A stretch of 64,000 nucleotides of DNA from Selaginella moellendorffii (Eukaryota; Plantae; Lycopodiophyta): assembly GCF_000143415.4 (NCBI RefSeq), contig NW_003314311.1, positions 1,000,769-1,064,768 of the forward strand, written 5' to 3'. The notes under the pieces are model-generated. The model was not told the DNA's origin and did not search any database. It saw only the letters and a program-made list of their open reading frames with translations. Made by a program: the position numbers and the translations under genes. Below, piece by piece: positions 35,996 to 48,790 of this stretch. Within the stretch, counting starts at the first letter, position 1; every line of letters begins with the position of its first letter.

Positions 35996-37670
35996 GTATA
36001 TGCCCCAAGAGAATCTTCCACGCATATTCAAATGATCCAGCGGCTTAGGTCTTGCAATTCCCTCCTGGACACCTCCAATGTGATGATTCAGGCCTATGGG
36101 CGATGCAGCGCGCCCAGCAAGCCCGATTGATCTTCGATGCGATGAAGAGCAGGGACAAATTCTCCTGGGACGCGATCCTCACGGCCTACCCCGCAATGGA
36201 AGCTGGGCGATCTACAACGCAATGGAGGAATGGGGCTCTTTGCGATGAATGCGATGCTGGGAGCCGTCGATCGGCAGCATCCACGATGCCAAGCAGTTCT
36301 TCGATAGGGACCTTGTCTCCTGGACGCTGCTGCTCAGCGCCCTGACGCGATTGGGGCTCTTGGACGAGGCCCAGGAGCTCTTCGATCCGAGACTGATCTA
36401 GTGGCGTGGACGACGGTGTTGATTTGGCACGCGCGTTGTGGGCGGCTAGCGCGCGCAAAATCGCTGTTCGATGCGATGCCGGAGCGCGATCTCACCTCCT
36501 GGACTGCGTTGTTTTGGGCATTTGCCCAGGCGGGGAATCTCCAGGAAGCCAAAGAGCTATTTGATTCCATCCCGGCGTGGACGGCCATGATTCTGCGTAC
36601 GGCCAGAATGGCCACTTGATGGATGCCATTCCGGAACGGAACATCTACACGTGGACGGATGATAACAGGCATCTAATGGAATCTTGTGTCGTAAGGATGC
36701 CGAAAGAATATTCTATGCTATGAAAGAAACCAACACGTACACGTGGACGGCAATGATTGCGGCATTTGCCCAACACGGCCGCTCTTTGAGAGGATTAACT
36801 TGAACGCTAACCTCATTGTTGTCACCTTACGCACAAAACGGGTGTCTTAAACACAGTAAGCTTATCTTTGATCAGATAGAAGAACATTCCATAATTTCGT
36901 GGAATGTGATGCTACGCCCAAGTTGGGCATTTGGAGGCATTGAAGTGCCTATTTGATTCTATGCAAGAAAAAGACCTAAGTTCTTACAATATAATGCTGT
37001 CAAGCTTTGCACAACATGGTTACCTTAAAGAAGCGAAACTAATTTTTGATAGAATGGAAATCAGAAATCTAATATCATGGACTGCCTTGCTTACTGCATA
37101 CGCCAAAAACGGTCATCTGGATCGAGCCAAAAGGGCTTGCTAAGCCAAGATGTAATCCTTTGGAACTCGATTATTGGTGGCTTCGCACAAAACGTAGAGT
37201 CAAGGGATGCGATCCAGCTCTTTTGCGAGATGAACCTTGTGGAAACACCGGATGAAGTCACATTTTTGTGTGTACTCCTGGCGTGGTCACACAAAGAAGA
37301 GGTGTTCTCTGGAAGAAACTTGTTTCGATCGATTCACTTTGATTTTGAAATGGCCCACACCTGTAAGAGTCATAGGGACGAGAAGCGAGGAAGTTTTGCG
37401 AGTCAAAACGTCTTGGGCTTGGACCCATCGAATGCTTCCACTTATGTTTTGCTAGCAAATCTGTATACAGCAAAAGAGAGAAAGAAAATTCCGCATGTCA
37501 TGTCGTGAATGACTGCAACGTTGGCAGCTCTAGTAGCAGAGCTGCAGCATGATAGTGATGCATAGCATAACCTTTTTCATGTGTAGTGCAAGTTTATAAC
37601 ACAAAACGGGGCGTACACTGGTCACCTTGACATCTTCAAGCTATTACATTCTCTAGAACAATGCATTTTT
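35996..37670 (+). pseudogene. Inverted degenerate copy of the PPR gene at 61818..63701, including its 3' flank
   Basis: Ends YVLLANLYTAKERKKIPHVMS*; 37508-37670 matches the reverse complement of 61700-61818; ATG lost; many frameshifts. Confidence 0.92.
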
Positions 37671-38174
37671 TAAATAGAAATCAGGGTGAAAGTCAAAGAA
37701 GTGAGGTAGTAGTTTAATATTACATTATAACAATATCATTTAAACAACAGTTTCTAATGATAAAAAAATTGCTGTGTGTTGTGTTGTTGGTTTGCTTTTG
37801 TTTTAAAATAATTTTTATTATGATATATAATTTGTTATGATCTGCGGTGCTATTCCTGCTTTTGTATATATTATATCTTTTATCCATATATGATCTATTA
37901 GTTTTTTATTACGTGTATTGCCTTTTATTATTTGTATGTGTCCTTCTTTCTCCATTATTGTTTGAAGTTGATATTCAATATTGAAATCTCCTGTAATTAT
38001 TACTGGTTTTTTATATTTATTTTCTGTATATATTTTTGTAGTTGTTTTATGAATATTTGTATATTTTTCTCATGTTTTCTATGTAAATTTATTACCTGTA
38101 TTTTTTTTCTTGTGATATATATGACATTCTATTTTTAAATGTTCTAATTTTTCTGATTTATAGTTATTTGTATG

Positions 38175-38620
38175 TGTGAGGTCCAAGTGTATGGCTATAA
38201 TGCCATATATTAATATTAGCATAGTGAGATTTTGATAACCGATAAATCAATTTAAATCCGAATTACTTGCTTTTATATATAAGCTAGGGTTTTTGGGCTA
38301 ATAGATATGTATATTTTTATATTTTATTTCCATATTCCATGCACTCAAGAGGCAGTATTAATTGCTAAAGGAGTGCTTGGTTTTGGGATTTTGATTTAGA
38401 TGTAGCTTTTACATTGTTTAAATTTCCTTTTCCTTATAGTTTTTTCCATTTTTTCTCTTTTCTTTTTTCTTTTTTTTTCATCTTCATATCAAAGTAGTAG
38501 CCTCCTCCTCTTTTGACTTTGGAGCAATAGTTAATACAGTTGCTAAATATTATTCAGTTGCAGTTGAACAATCAAACTTAAAGTAGTGAGTTTTCTTTGT
38601 TCTAACATCAAAAAGAGATG
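38175..38620 (+). mobile_element. LTR plus 5' leader fragment of the Ty3/gypsy family seen at 52800..57584
   Basis: tgtgaggtccaagtgtatggcta...ttccatattccatgcactca matches the LTR. Confidence 0.85.
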
Positions 38621-39143
38621 GTTGATAGACAAATTCTCAAATTTCTTAGGTTTATTTTGTAAAGAATTGAGTGTAAAATTTGTGACTCCTTTTGCATGTC
38701 AGAGCTAAAAGTTTGTCCAAGGACATGATCAAGGAAAATTCACAAGGCTTAGAGATATATTACAATCATAGCATACCCAATACAAAGAAAACTGAATTAT
38801 TCAAGTATAAGTATGATTCAATGGAGTTTCTTTTCTTTGCTGCAACAAGCTACATGAATGCCAACAATGAGTACCATGAAGTTCTATTGCTAATGGTACG
38901 CATTTTAGATCCTCTCCACTAGTTCTTTTGTATTGTTCTTACATTGTTTGGCTAGGGAATTTTAGGTTGCTATGCAATGCACCCAATTAGTAGGAATCTT
39001 ATGAGTTGTTGTTGTGGCTGTTGTGGATTGTTGGTTTGTGTGTTTTGAAATCTAGGAATTGTTAAGAGAAGCACTGCTTTAAAGTTACACTAATAGATAT
39101 TTTTATTATATAAAAAGCAATTGAAACTTACTTGAAGTTACCT

Positions 39144-39510
39144 TCATATATGTAGAACAAAATGGACAATAATATTTGTCTCATTCAATAGAAAAAACCA
39201 TGTTGAAGACAGATACATAGCAATCTTTTCTAAGAATTCCATAGCAAATTTGACCATAGACCCTTCATCCAAATTATAAATTTTATCCACCATTTTATTA
39301 TGCACTATAACTCTATATTTCATCATGTCATTTGATATAATAAAACCAGTTATTGTAGCTGATTTACAAGGGATGGAACACCCTTTACACTTTGCACAAA
39401 CAATAAAACCATTTTCTCTCTCCTCTAACATTGTAAAAGAGCAAAATGAGCAAAAATTTTCAGCTTGAGTAAAGCTTTGTTGATTGTTAGGGATGAAATA
39501 TCCAGTGATT
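39144..39510 (-). pseudogene. Fragment with a CxxC-x14-CxxC motif, resembling the RPA1 C-terminal OB-fold zinc finger
   Basis: NFCSFCSFTMLEERENGFIVCAKCKG followed by beta-rich sequence; AT-rich context. Confidence 0.3.
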
Positions 39511-40779
39511 TAGCAACACTTGGAAGTTGATTTAAATGCAATTCAAAGGCTCAATGAAGTTTATAAAATACATTGCAGCCTCACTTCTAAAGACAAGGTA
39601 ATGTAAATTAATTATATTTCCTTTGAAATTTAAGCTTTCAATTATACAGATTAGTTGATACATTCATGCTTTTTATAATATTAAAATATAAAAACTTTGG
39701 CATGTATCTAGCATATAGATCTGCTACAATATGATGATATTGCTCTTCATGCTCTAGATGTATATGGAGTTGTGAACAATATCTTAAAAATGGAAAACTA
39801 AATAGGAAAAAACATTACTATAATCATATCTAAAGGATTATTAGAAGAGGCAATCTTTATTTTAGGGAAAACACTAGTATTGATTACAACAGCATATATA
39901 TCTTGTGAAAGATCTCTAGTAGCCATAAAGATTATATAGAAGCACCTTTAGATGGTTGTAATCTTATTTTAACATCAAAATCATTTATAATTTGAATATA
40001 TAAAGAACTTGTTTTGAAGTTCTATGGTGGTAAATTGGGTATCTAAAGGGAGAAATTTATAATCTTGTTAATTTTTAAAGAATAAGTTACAAACTTTGTA
40101 AGTAAGAAACATTTGCCAACTGTAAACTTATTACATAATTGCACGCACATGGATAAATCTTCATATATAGTTAAGGTTTGCAAGCCATGCATATCTAATA
40201 TAAGTTAGGTACTTTGCACTTCATAGAGTGTTCTTTGCAAGATGAACTTTATAAATTCCATACCTAGGCAAAAAATAAATAAAAATAAAGAATTTTTTTT
40301 TCAAAACCATAAGTAAATAAAATCTTAAGCTCAAGAATCTGGGCTGAATTTGCTTTTCCAAAGAAATATGATGCAATAATGGCTTTTAGGATGGTCAACT
40401 TTGTCCTCTTTGCTTGTGAAACTAAAAAACCAAAAAGAAATAAATAAAGGAAAACTAAAGAATAAAGAGAAAAACCAAACCTTCACATAAATTTGTTTCT
40501 ATTGACAAATCCTCAGCAGGTGATGACTGAACAATATCCATAGCACAATTCAAATCTGACATATCTATGTGATTAATTACCTCTAGTTAATTTATACTAG
40601 TTAAAAGAGCCAAAAAATAAAAACTCACTTTGAAGAATTGAAAATAAAAAAAGAATAAAACTTTGAGCTAAAAGATAAAATCCGTCAATTTAGTGGCTAG
40701 AGCCAAAACACAAACCCATTTTGTAAGCCAAGTAAAAGTCAATTACATCTTAGAGCCTGATAGACATGCATTGCATTGT

Positions 40780-41240
40780 AAAAAGAAGGCAGGCTGTGTG
40801 TTTGAGAATATCCCAGCATCATCTCTGCTACATGGGATGGAATAGTGTGCCTTATTGAGACCAAATACAGCCACTTGGGATGTAGAGTGCTAAAGGCGAT
40901 CATGTCTGGCTGACAAGATCCATCTCCCAAAACATCTCCAAAGACTCCTCACTTCTTCCATTTTGAGCATAGCAAGAGAGGATCAAGTTCCAAGATATGA
41001 CATCATGATGGTGGAACACTAATATGGAGTCTCCACACCAGAAGTACATAGAGATTAATGGGTTTCTATAGTGTTCTTGTTTGCTGGCGTCTCCCACGAT
41101 CTAAGAGACTTGCCTTGTGGCAAATTCCCCATATCAGGACAAGAATCAATCATTGATAATAGCTGAGATAATTGAGCTTGATACCATGAGCCTGGAAACT
41201 TTGAGAGCTCCCTTGCAATTGCCATTTTGGACGTATAACC
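40780..41240 (-). pseudogene. PPR remnant
   Basis: DVISWNLILSCYAQNGRSEESLEMFWEM and CQPDMIAF in shifted frames. Confidence 0.7.
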
Positions 41241-41381
41241 CAATCAATGCATTGTAAGTTACAGGGTTTCTTTGGCTCATGTTCCAAAAGACCTCACAAG
41301 CTCATGATGATACAAAGTGGTTAGAACATGCTATGCATACAACCAAAACTGTATGTATAATGCTACGTGGCACATTGCATC

Positions 41382-41668
41382 GTATCAGTTCTAGAGCCCG
41401 TCCTTGCTTCGGTCAAGCGTTTTCGCCATCCCGACTTGAGCAAGAGGCTGCTCTAGAGAAGAGCCGAGAGCCTGAGTCAAGAGGATGTTGCTCTGCTTGT
41501 GGATGATCTTGAGTGAGTGACTTCAAGTCTGAACGTCGACGCAGACCAAAGCTGAGAAAGGTGGCGCAAAGCCTTTTTCTTGAAGCTGTTGTCTAACACT
41601 TGAGATTGCCATGCAGCAGCAATCCATACTTGAGGCTGCTGCTGCCGTCATGATGTGAACGCAAATTT
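41382..41668 (-). repeat. Inverted copy of 61408..61662
   Basis: KSREPESRGCCSACG and flanking DNA are shared. Confidence 0.9.
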
Positions 41669-41970
41669 GCGCTTGCTTCTCCGTACTAGGATGTTGTTTT
41701 CCAGGAGGCACAGGTAGCTTCAAGTGCCTGTAGAGGTCTGCAAAGTCTGCAAGTGAAACTGCCATGAATTGTGCTTTCAGTTTGCCTCGAGAAGATGTCG
41801 AGCAATAAATCAGGACGTCAAAGTTACACCAATGGGACATTTTTTTTCATGTCCGAGACAGCACTCTCACCTGAAAAGTATCTGTCAGAAGGTGATCAAA
41901 AGAAGGATTGCAAATGTACTTGGAATACCTTGCAGCTCAAAATTGTTGCCATCGTCTTGAGGAGCGACTG

Positions 41971-43521
41971 CTACTCCCACGCGCATGGCCTTTCGGACTG
42001 CCACCCGTACACTAAGTTGCACCAGTGGTTGCTGAATCCAGTGTAGGGATCTTCCATGGCAACACTTGTTTGCCAGGACCGCCACAGAATGCCGCAGGTG
42101 GGCCGGGGCACAAGCTGCAGGGGTGGCAGCTGGACGCGTCCTGGGAATTCCTTTGGAAGCTCCTGAAGCAACGAAGGGATCTCGGGGTTCACATCCTCTC
42201 TAATGTAGAAGCCCCTCAACTCCAGAGTGGTGCCGCTGCTTCTCCTCAGCAGCTCGCGGATGACCTCCAGTTCGGGACCTTCACTTTCCCAGACGTGCGT
42301 GACGCAGAAGTACTCCACAAAGACTGTCAAGGGGGCGGTGCAGTTTGCCACGTTGAGCAACTGCATTCAGTCACCACGTACACACAAATCACGAGGGGAA
42401 GAGAACAATTACCAAAACACTAACCTTGATGCTCTTGAAACTGACGATGAACATCTCAAGGCCCTGGAAAGGCTCCAGCAATGCAGCAAGATCGACAGAA
42501 AACAGTGGCATGCCATCGTCAAAAACGGAATAGTAGAACGTCTTGATCCCGCGTAGGCTCGACTTTCTGCAAGCGAAGTACCTCGCCACCTTGTCCATAA
42601 CTTGAGCGGAGCTGTAGAACGGGTTGGTGAACGCAAGCTTTGTGAGCCTCGAGTAGCGCAGCCCCTGGATTCCACCCATGATTCCAGTCATCCGGATCCA
42701 GTCTATGTTGCACGTAGCAGGCAGTAGCACGATGCGCGGGGCGACAAGGAACATCCAGCGGAGCTTCGGCGCGTCGAGAACAATGGTGACGTTGTCGAGG
42801 CCGCCATCAAAGTAGCCTTCGGACTGGCAGCTGACAAGAGTGCGGCTCTTGAGCACGTAGGTCCCTGCATGAACCACATTCAAGAGAATCAGGATCAAGC
42901 TTGGAACAAATGCCGAGACTGGGCAAACATTTGGAGCTATGGCTTTTACGTACCCGGGGATCTCACCAATAGCCCGTTGATGCGCACCACCAGGAGCGAG
43001 GGGCAGAGGTCGAGCAGCTGCCGAAGGGAAGTCACGTCCACCCTTGCGCGGAGGGTGAGGAAGAGGAGATTGGGCAGCAGCGGTGAAGGCAAAGTTGCAT
43101 CGCCAAGCTGGGCGAGTTGCTTGCCATGGACGTGGAGGCAGCGGAGCTCCTGGCAGGCCGAGACGTTGGACCAGAAGCCATCGAACTTGTGCTGCGAGCT
43201 GGTGCTCGAGATGCTCAACGAGTGGAGACTTTTCCCGACCTGGTGCAGCCAGCGAGTGGAGCTGCAGTCCGGCTGGTGCTGGAAGAAGCTCTGGATCGAT
43301 AGCTGGCGGAGGCTGTTGTGATGACCAAACCAGCGCGCGAGGCCCTGCTCCACGCCAGGACTGCTCGAGTCGAGGCAAAGATGCGTGACGAGGCGTGCCA
43401 GTCGCGCCCACCTCTTGCTTACCAGGGAAGAAGAATGCAAGTCGCGGGAGGAGGGGAGGAGGGACATGATCCGGATGAGCAACTCATCCGGAACATCGTC
43501 ACAACAGCGCCGCCTCCACAT
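41971..43521 (-). CDS. F-box protein, second (inverted) copy, 3 exons
   Basis: Near-identical to 32859..34409; reading frame open. Confidence 0.85.
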
Positions 43522-43740
43522 CCAAACCCTACAAGACTGAGTTTTTGGTTCAAGCCTCCTCGTTTTCCAGGAGGAGTGCGAAACTTTCTTTTTCTCGCAG
43601 TGATGGTCGTCGTGAGAACGCTCCCAAGCTTCCAGCACACACCGTGATCCGTGCTGTAAGGAACCCATAGCCACGAGCTTGCCGCCGAGAAGTCGCGTAC
43701 GGACGAGAAATCTTTGATCACCAATCGATGATCACGAAAA

Positions 43741-44319
43741 ATGGGCTGGACTTGTCGCTGCCCAAGTTTGTTGCTTTCTTCTTCCGGACTTTGTCTCATC
43801 GCTGTGTGTAGGTGTCGGCTTTCCGGGCTCCCCCGGCGATCGCAGCAGCCGTTTCTTCTTTGTCTTCTTCTTCTCTCTTGTTCTTCTCCTAGCTAATTCA
43901 ATCTCCCCTCTCGTTGCTCTGGGCGGGAGTCACAACGGCTGGACTCGAGTTCGCGGCTCAAGTTTGTCACGACTCTCTTGCTTTCCAATCCTTGCTCACC
44001 ATGTCTGATTTGCATAGGTGTCCGTTTCTACGAGAAACGCGTTGAGCTCGAGACATACAAAGAATCCCGGATCACTCGGAGCAGGACCGTGTGGGAAGAA
44101 GACGGTGGCGGCGGCGAAGCGAGCAGCAGTGAGCCAGCAGCGGTGCAGCAGCAGCTGGTGGCGACTGGCGAAGGGGAGCCCAATCCGCCCAATTCACGCA
44201 ATGATCCGCCCAAGCCCAATAAGATCAATCCGCCCAACGAGGAAGAAGTCGCGGATAACTTCTCCAACGAGCCGGACATCGTTCAGCTGCGACAACTTTA
44301 CTCCGAGCTCTCGGCGTGA
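43741..44319 (+). CDS. Putative small secreted or membrane-anchored protein (158 aa); exons 43741-43765, 43812-43961, 44018-44319
   Basis: Two phase-1 GT-AG introns (46 and 56 nt) give an open frame with hydrophobic FFFVFFFSLVLLLANSISPLVALG and a Pro/Asn-rich C-terminal block. Confidence 0.45.
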
Positions 44320-44779
44320 ACGACGCTTTCCCTCGGATGCTGCCCACGTCCTGTGGGACGTGATACCCCGCTTATCGGCTCTTGTCGATGGACTGCTTGT
44401 CGAGGAACTGCCGCTTCCGCCACCGCCACCTCCCCCGCCATCGTCATCGCCCCCAGCGCCGAGCGGCAATTTTTCTCCTTCGAAACATCTATTCTCGTTT
44501 TGTAGAGTTCCTTTGCTTTCTCTTTGCTTTCGTTTTCACTCCCGCCACTCCAGCCGAGAGCCCAATCCACGAAACGAGTGCGAGCCACGAACGAGAGTTT
44601 CCCGCTTGCCATGACCCGACCCAAGAGAACAGTGAGAACGTATGGAAGAATCGAGAGAACCCCGAGACTCCACGGACACAGCTTTATACTTGAAACTCTA
44701 GGTTTGTTCACAGTCAAGATTTATAGGTTTTCTTCCTGGTGGCAAAACTCTTGCATACTATGCTGTAGTTTCCTGGATG

Positions 44780-45410
44780 CATTTCATACCTCCACTCCAC
44801 AGGTCCTCAAAGAGTAACATATTAAGTGCATTGAGCATTCCATATTCTTTCAGGAGCATTCTACACAGAAAACGAAGGAAGTCAAAAGCGAATGCTTGAC
44901 TGTTTTCTGTTCCTTCGCAGGTATTCTCTCAAAAAGCTCCCTCCGATTCCCAAATTCGCTGCGTACGTGAAAAGAGATTTTGGTAAATGTTTTTCTGAGT
45001 GACAAGTCAACTCGGGTCGGGTCAAATTTATGTTGTATAGTTTAGTTTAGTTGTAAAATAACCTTAAAGCTTAACATTAGGTGATATATCACAGCATGGG
45101 GATATGCCAGGGGATATGTGATATGAAAGCTGATGTTCTTTGATCAAACCAATGACCCTGAGCCTGGAAACACATACATGTTAGTCAGGAAACCTGTGTA
45201 TTAGAGTAAATACCATCCCCTCAGATGATCAGCAGGTAGTTTTAAGTGCTATTGGCAATGAAAGTAAAAACTTCATTATGATTTGTGCTTTGGACTTGAG
45301 CTCTTTTGAGTTGAGTAGGGATTTCATATTCACACCGGGACACTTTTCCATGTCCGACAGCACTCTCACTTGAAGAATACATGTTGGAAAGGAAGCTGGA
45401 AGTCTCTATT
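44780..45410. pseudogene. Further short TEB fragments: ~44826-44940 (+, from 25369-25490) and ~45320-45410 (-, from 24765-24855)
   Basis: gagcattccata...cgcaggtattctctcaaaa; ggacacttttccatgtccgacagcactctcac. Confidence 0.8.
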
Positions 45411-45456
45411 GCTCAGAAGGCCCTACAACAGTAAGCTTATCATTAGTGGAGAGAAC

Positions 45457-48400
45457 TTATAATAACTTATACAGTGGAAATAATGAGGTGAAGCCTTGTA
45501 ATACCTGATGTGGTTCTTTCCATTGAGTAAAGAGCCTTTTAAATAAACCACATACTATAAGATTGGGAAAACAAACTAACACTAAGTTATTCATTTTGTA
45601 CTCCATAGGTGGACGATAATGCAAATTGTAGTGTTGTTGTTGTCCCACTTGTAAACTGCTCAGGTGTTCCATAAACTCTATTCAAACAAATGGAAGAATG
45701 TTTCTCAAATATTAATCCCATGATCTAGCATCGGTAGCCCATAGCAATCGCAAAGGTAAATCCAACTCCATTGATAATATTGAATTATGACTATATAAGA
45801 GTTTTTATGGTGAAACACCAACAGAACACTCCACCCCTATGACATATGCATATGAATGTTGAAAGTTCATGTCATCTCTTTGAAGGTTTGAACGAGCCGT
45901 TCCACCAAACTATCTAACTATGGATTATAAACATTCATGAAAATGTGGCATATCTTTAAATGAGATGTCAAAATGTGAAATGCCTCAGCTATAAATGTGG
46001 GACCATTATCCAAAAGAATTTACTCTAAATAGGAATGCTAAAATACCACTCAATTGAGGAGGAAATAACCAACAACAATGGCAAATGCACTAGCAAAAGC
46101 ACCAACTTTAACCCAATGAATCAAATAATCAAAAGTAATAATGATATACTCATTGTCAGTAGTTTATTGTGGAAAAAGCCTCATTATATCAAACACCACT
46201 AACTCAAATGAAAGGGAAATTACAATTAATTTTAATTGTCTTTTTGTAGCATGAGGGAGAGTATTACGAGCTTGGCACCAAACACAACTATGCATATATT
46301 AGATAATATCACATTGCATCTTTAACCAATGGAAAAACCTACACAGCTTCTTCACTCATATGAAATACGTCAGTGTTGTAGATTGTATAAGGAAGATTTG
46401 GGTGGAGGAGGGAATCACCAATTTCTACCGAGGCTACAAGATGAATCTTATGAGAATAACATAACAATGTCTTATATGTTTACCTAGAATAAAAGAATTA
46501 TGGTAGATATGGAGAAAGCGTGGAATAAAGATTGAAGGCACCACCAACTGTAAATGATTATTAGAATTCATCCCCACAAAATAAAGAAAATCGACCTCAA
46601 GGTGATATTGAAAATATAAATGCCGAAATGGCAAGTCATCAGCAAGTGATGCATCACAAAGCCTTCGAATCCATGGTTCAATATTTTAAACCTCACGAAT
46701 TTCATCAAGAAAAAGTAAATCTTACTTTGCACCTTATAGACACTGAACATTAAGTACAGCAATCACAGACGGCATGGAATCCTCGTCTAAAAAATCCATA
46801 GATATGGGAGTAACAGGCTTGTTAGAAATATGAAAAGAGATCAAAGAAGAAAGAGGAGCTTGAAAAAGTGTATTAGCATCAACTATAAAACTCCTCAAAC
46901 GATAAGCAACATCAAAATTATATATTTAAAGCTTCAAAGCCCATCAAGTAGTACAACTAACTAAATTATTTTGTTTTAATAATGAAGTAACAGCAGTATG
47001 GTCACTTTTTAGTAATGTCCAAGAACCATATAGATATACATGAAGTTTTTTAAAACCCCAAATTGCTGCTAAACACTCCTTCTTTATTATAGAGTAATTC
47101 ACCTCCATTGATTGTAATGTACAGCTAATATATGCAATAGGATGGTGCTAATTAGGCACACTTGGGCTCTTTTGCATCAACATACCTCCAAAACTAATGT
47201 CAAAAACATCCACATGCAAAATAAAAGGTTAAGTATAGTTAGAATATACCAAAATTGGAGGAGTCGTCAATAACTCTTTGAGATCTGTAAATGCCCGCTC
47301 ACAATTTGCAGACTAGATGAAAGATGACATTAACAACTTTCGCAATACTTGCAACAGTGTAGTGCAATCAAAAAGATAATCAACAAAACTACCGAGATAC
47401 TATATTTTGCCTAGGAAGTGTTGCACATCATTCATACACTTTGGAGTTTCGTCAAATATTGATCCCAAGATTTAGTATCAGTAGTTTGTGGCAATTGTAA
47501 AGGTAAACTTAACTCCGTTGGTAATATTGAATCATGACCATATAAGAGTTTATATAATGAAACACTAATAGAACTTTACACCCCTGTGATATATGCATAC
47601 CGAAAAGATGGCAACTAACCATCTCAATCTAATTGCTAAAAGTTCACTTACTTCACGATTATCCCTTTGAAAGTCTGAATAATCTATTTTACCAAACCAT
47701 CTAATTATAAATGATAAGAAATCATGAAAGTGTGGCATATCCCTAACTAAGATATCAAAACTTGAAATGCCTTTACCATAAATGCGAGACCATTATCTAA
47801 AAGAATTCCCTTCGGACAAGATTGCTGGAACACCACTTGATTGAGGAGGAAGTATCTAACAACAATTTCAAATGCACTATCAAAAGCACCAACTTCCATT
47901 TAGCAAGTTAAATAATTAAAAGTAATAATAACATACTTATTGTCAACAGCCAACTGTGAAAAAAGCCCCATCAGATTAAATGCCACCAACTTAAATGGAC
48001 AAGAATTTGTAATTAACTCCAACCATCATTTTGTAGCACGAGGAGGAGTATTACGAGCCTGGTACCAAACGTAGCTATACACATACTAGATAACATCACA
48101 TTGCATCTTCAGCTAATAGAAAAACTTGTGTAGCTTTTTGATCATGGATTCAAATGGCCCTTAACAAAGATGATGCATTTGTTAGAAAGCATCATCACAA
48201 TCAATAGCGTGTCCAAATGCGCATTTGAAGACGTCTAAAAGAATGTTTCAATCCTCATGAGTGGTTATGCTCAAATTATTACACCATTGCAGTGCCATCC
48301 CTTAGAGACACATGGGAAATTCATGCAAACATCGAGCATCATCCCAAGAATTATATATAACAATCACTATAAAGTGATTAAACTAATGTCACATATTATC

Positions 48401-48790
48401 CTCAAGACTCCCATGGAAGAACTGTAGCCAAACACAAGGATTAGTAGCAAAAGTAGGAGGAGTTGTACTCTATGCCATGAATGCTGCCATTAATTGAATT
48501 TGATTGTTTAATTGCAACCGCATAGCATTGAACAAATGTATTAACTACTTCTCCAAAGTTAAAGAAGGAGGAGGCTACTACTCTACCATGAAGATGAACA
48601 AATAGGAAAAAAACAAAAGAAAAGCAATGGAAAAAATTATAAGGAAATGGAGGTTTAAATGATGCAAAAGTTAGATTTAAACTAAAATCCCAAATCTAAA
48701 TACTCCTTAGAGACAATTATAATTGCCCCTCATCTCCACTAATGTGAGTACATGGAATATGGAAATGGAATATAAAAATGTGCATAAAAC
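45457..48790 (-). mobile_element. Degenerate, rearranged Ty3/gypsy retrotransposon remnants (integrase region twice, RNase H, gag, PBS, partial LTR)
   Basis: Homologous to 53150-55050 and 56740-57450; gcccctcatctccactaatgtgagt PBS/LTR junction at ~48725-48750. Confidence 0.85.

Larger units (their letters stand above)
32845..43535. repeat. ~1.85-kb inverted repeat: 32845-34700 and 41669-43535 (F-box gene plus TEB fragment)
   Basis: Near-identical translated ORFs on opposite strands. Confidence 0.95.

Noticed and set aside
37700-38160. Hydrophobic ORF 37932..38138
   Set aside because: T-rich low-complexity DNA
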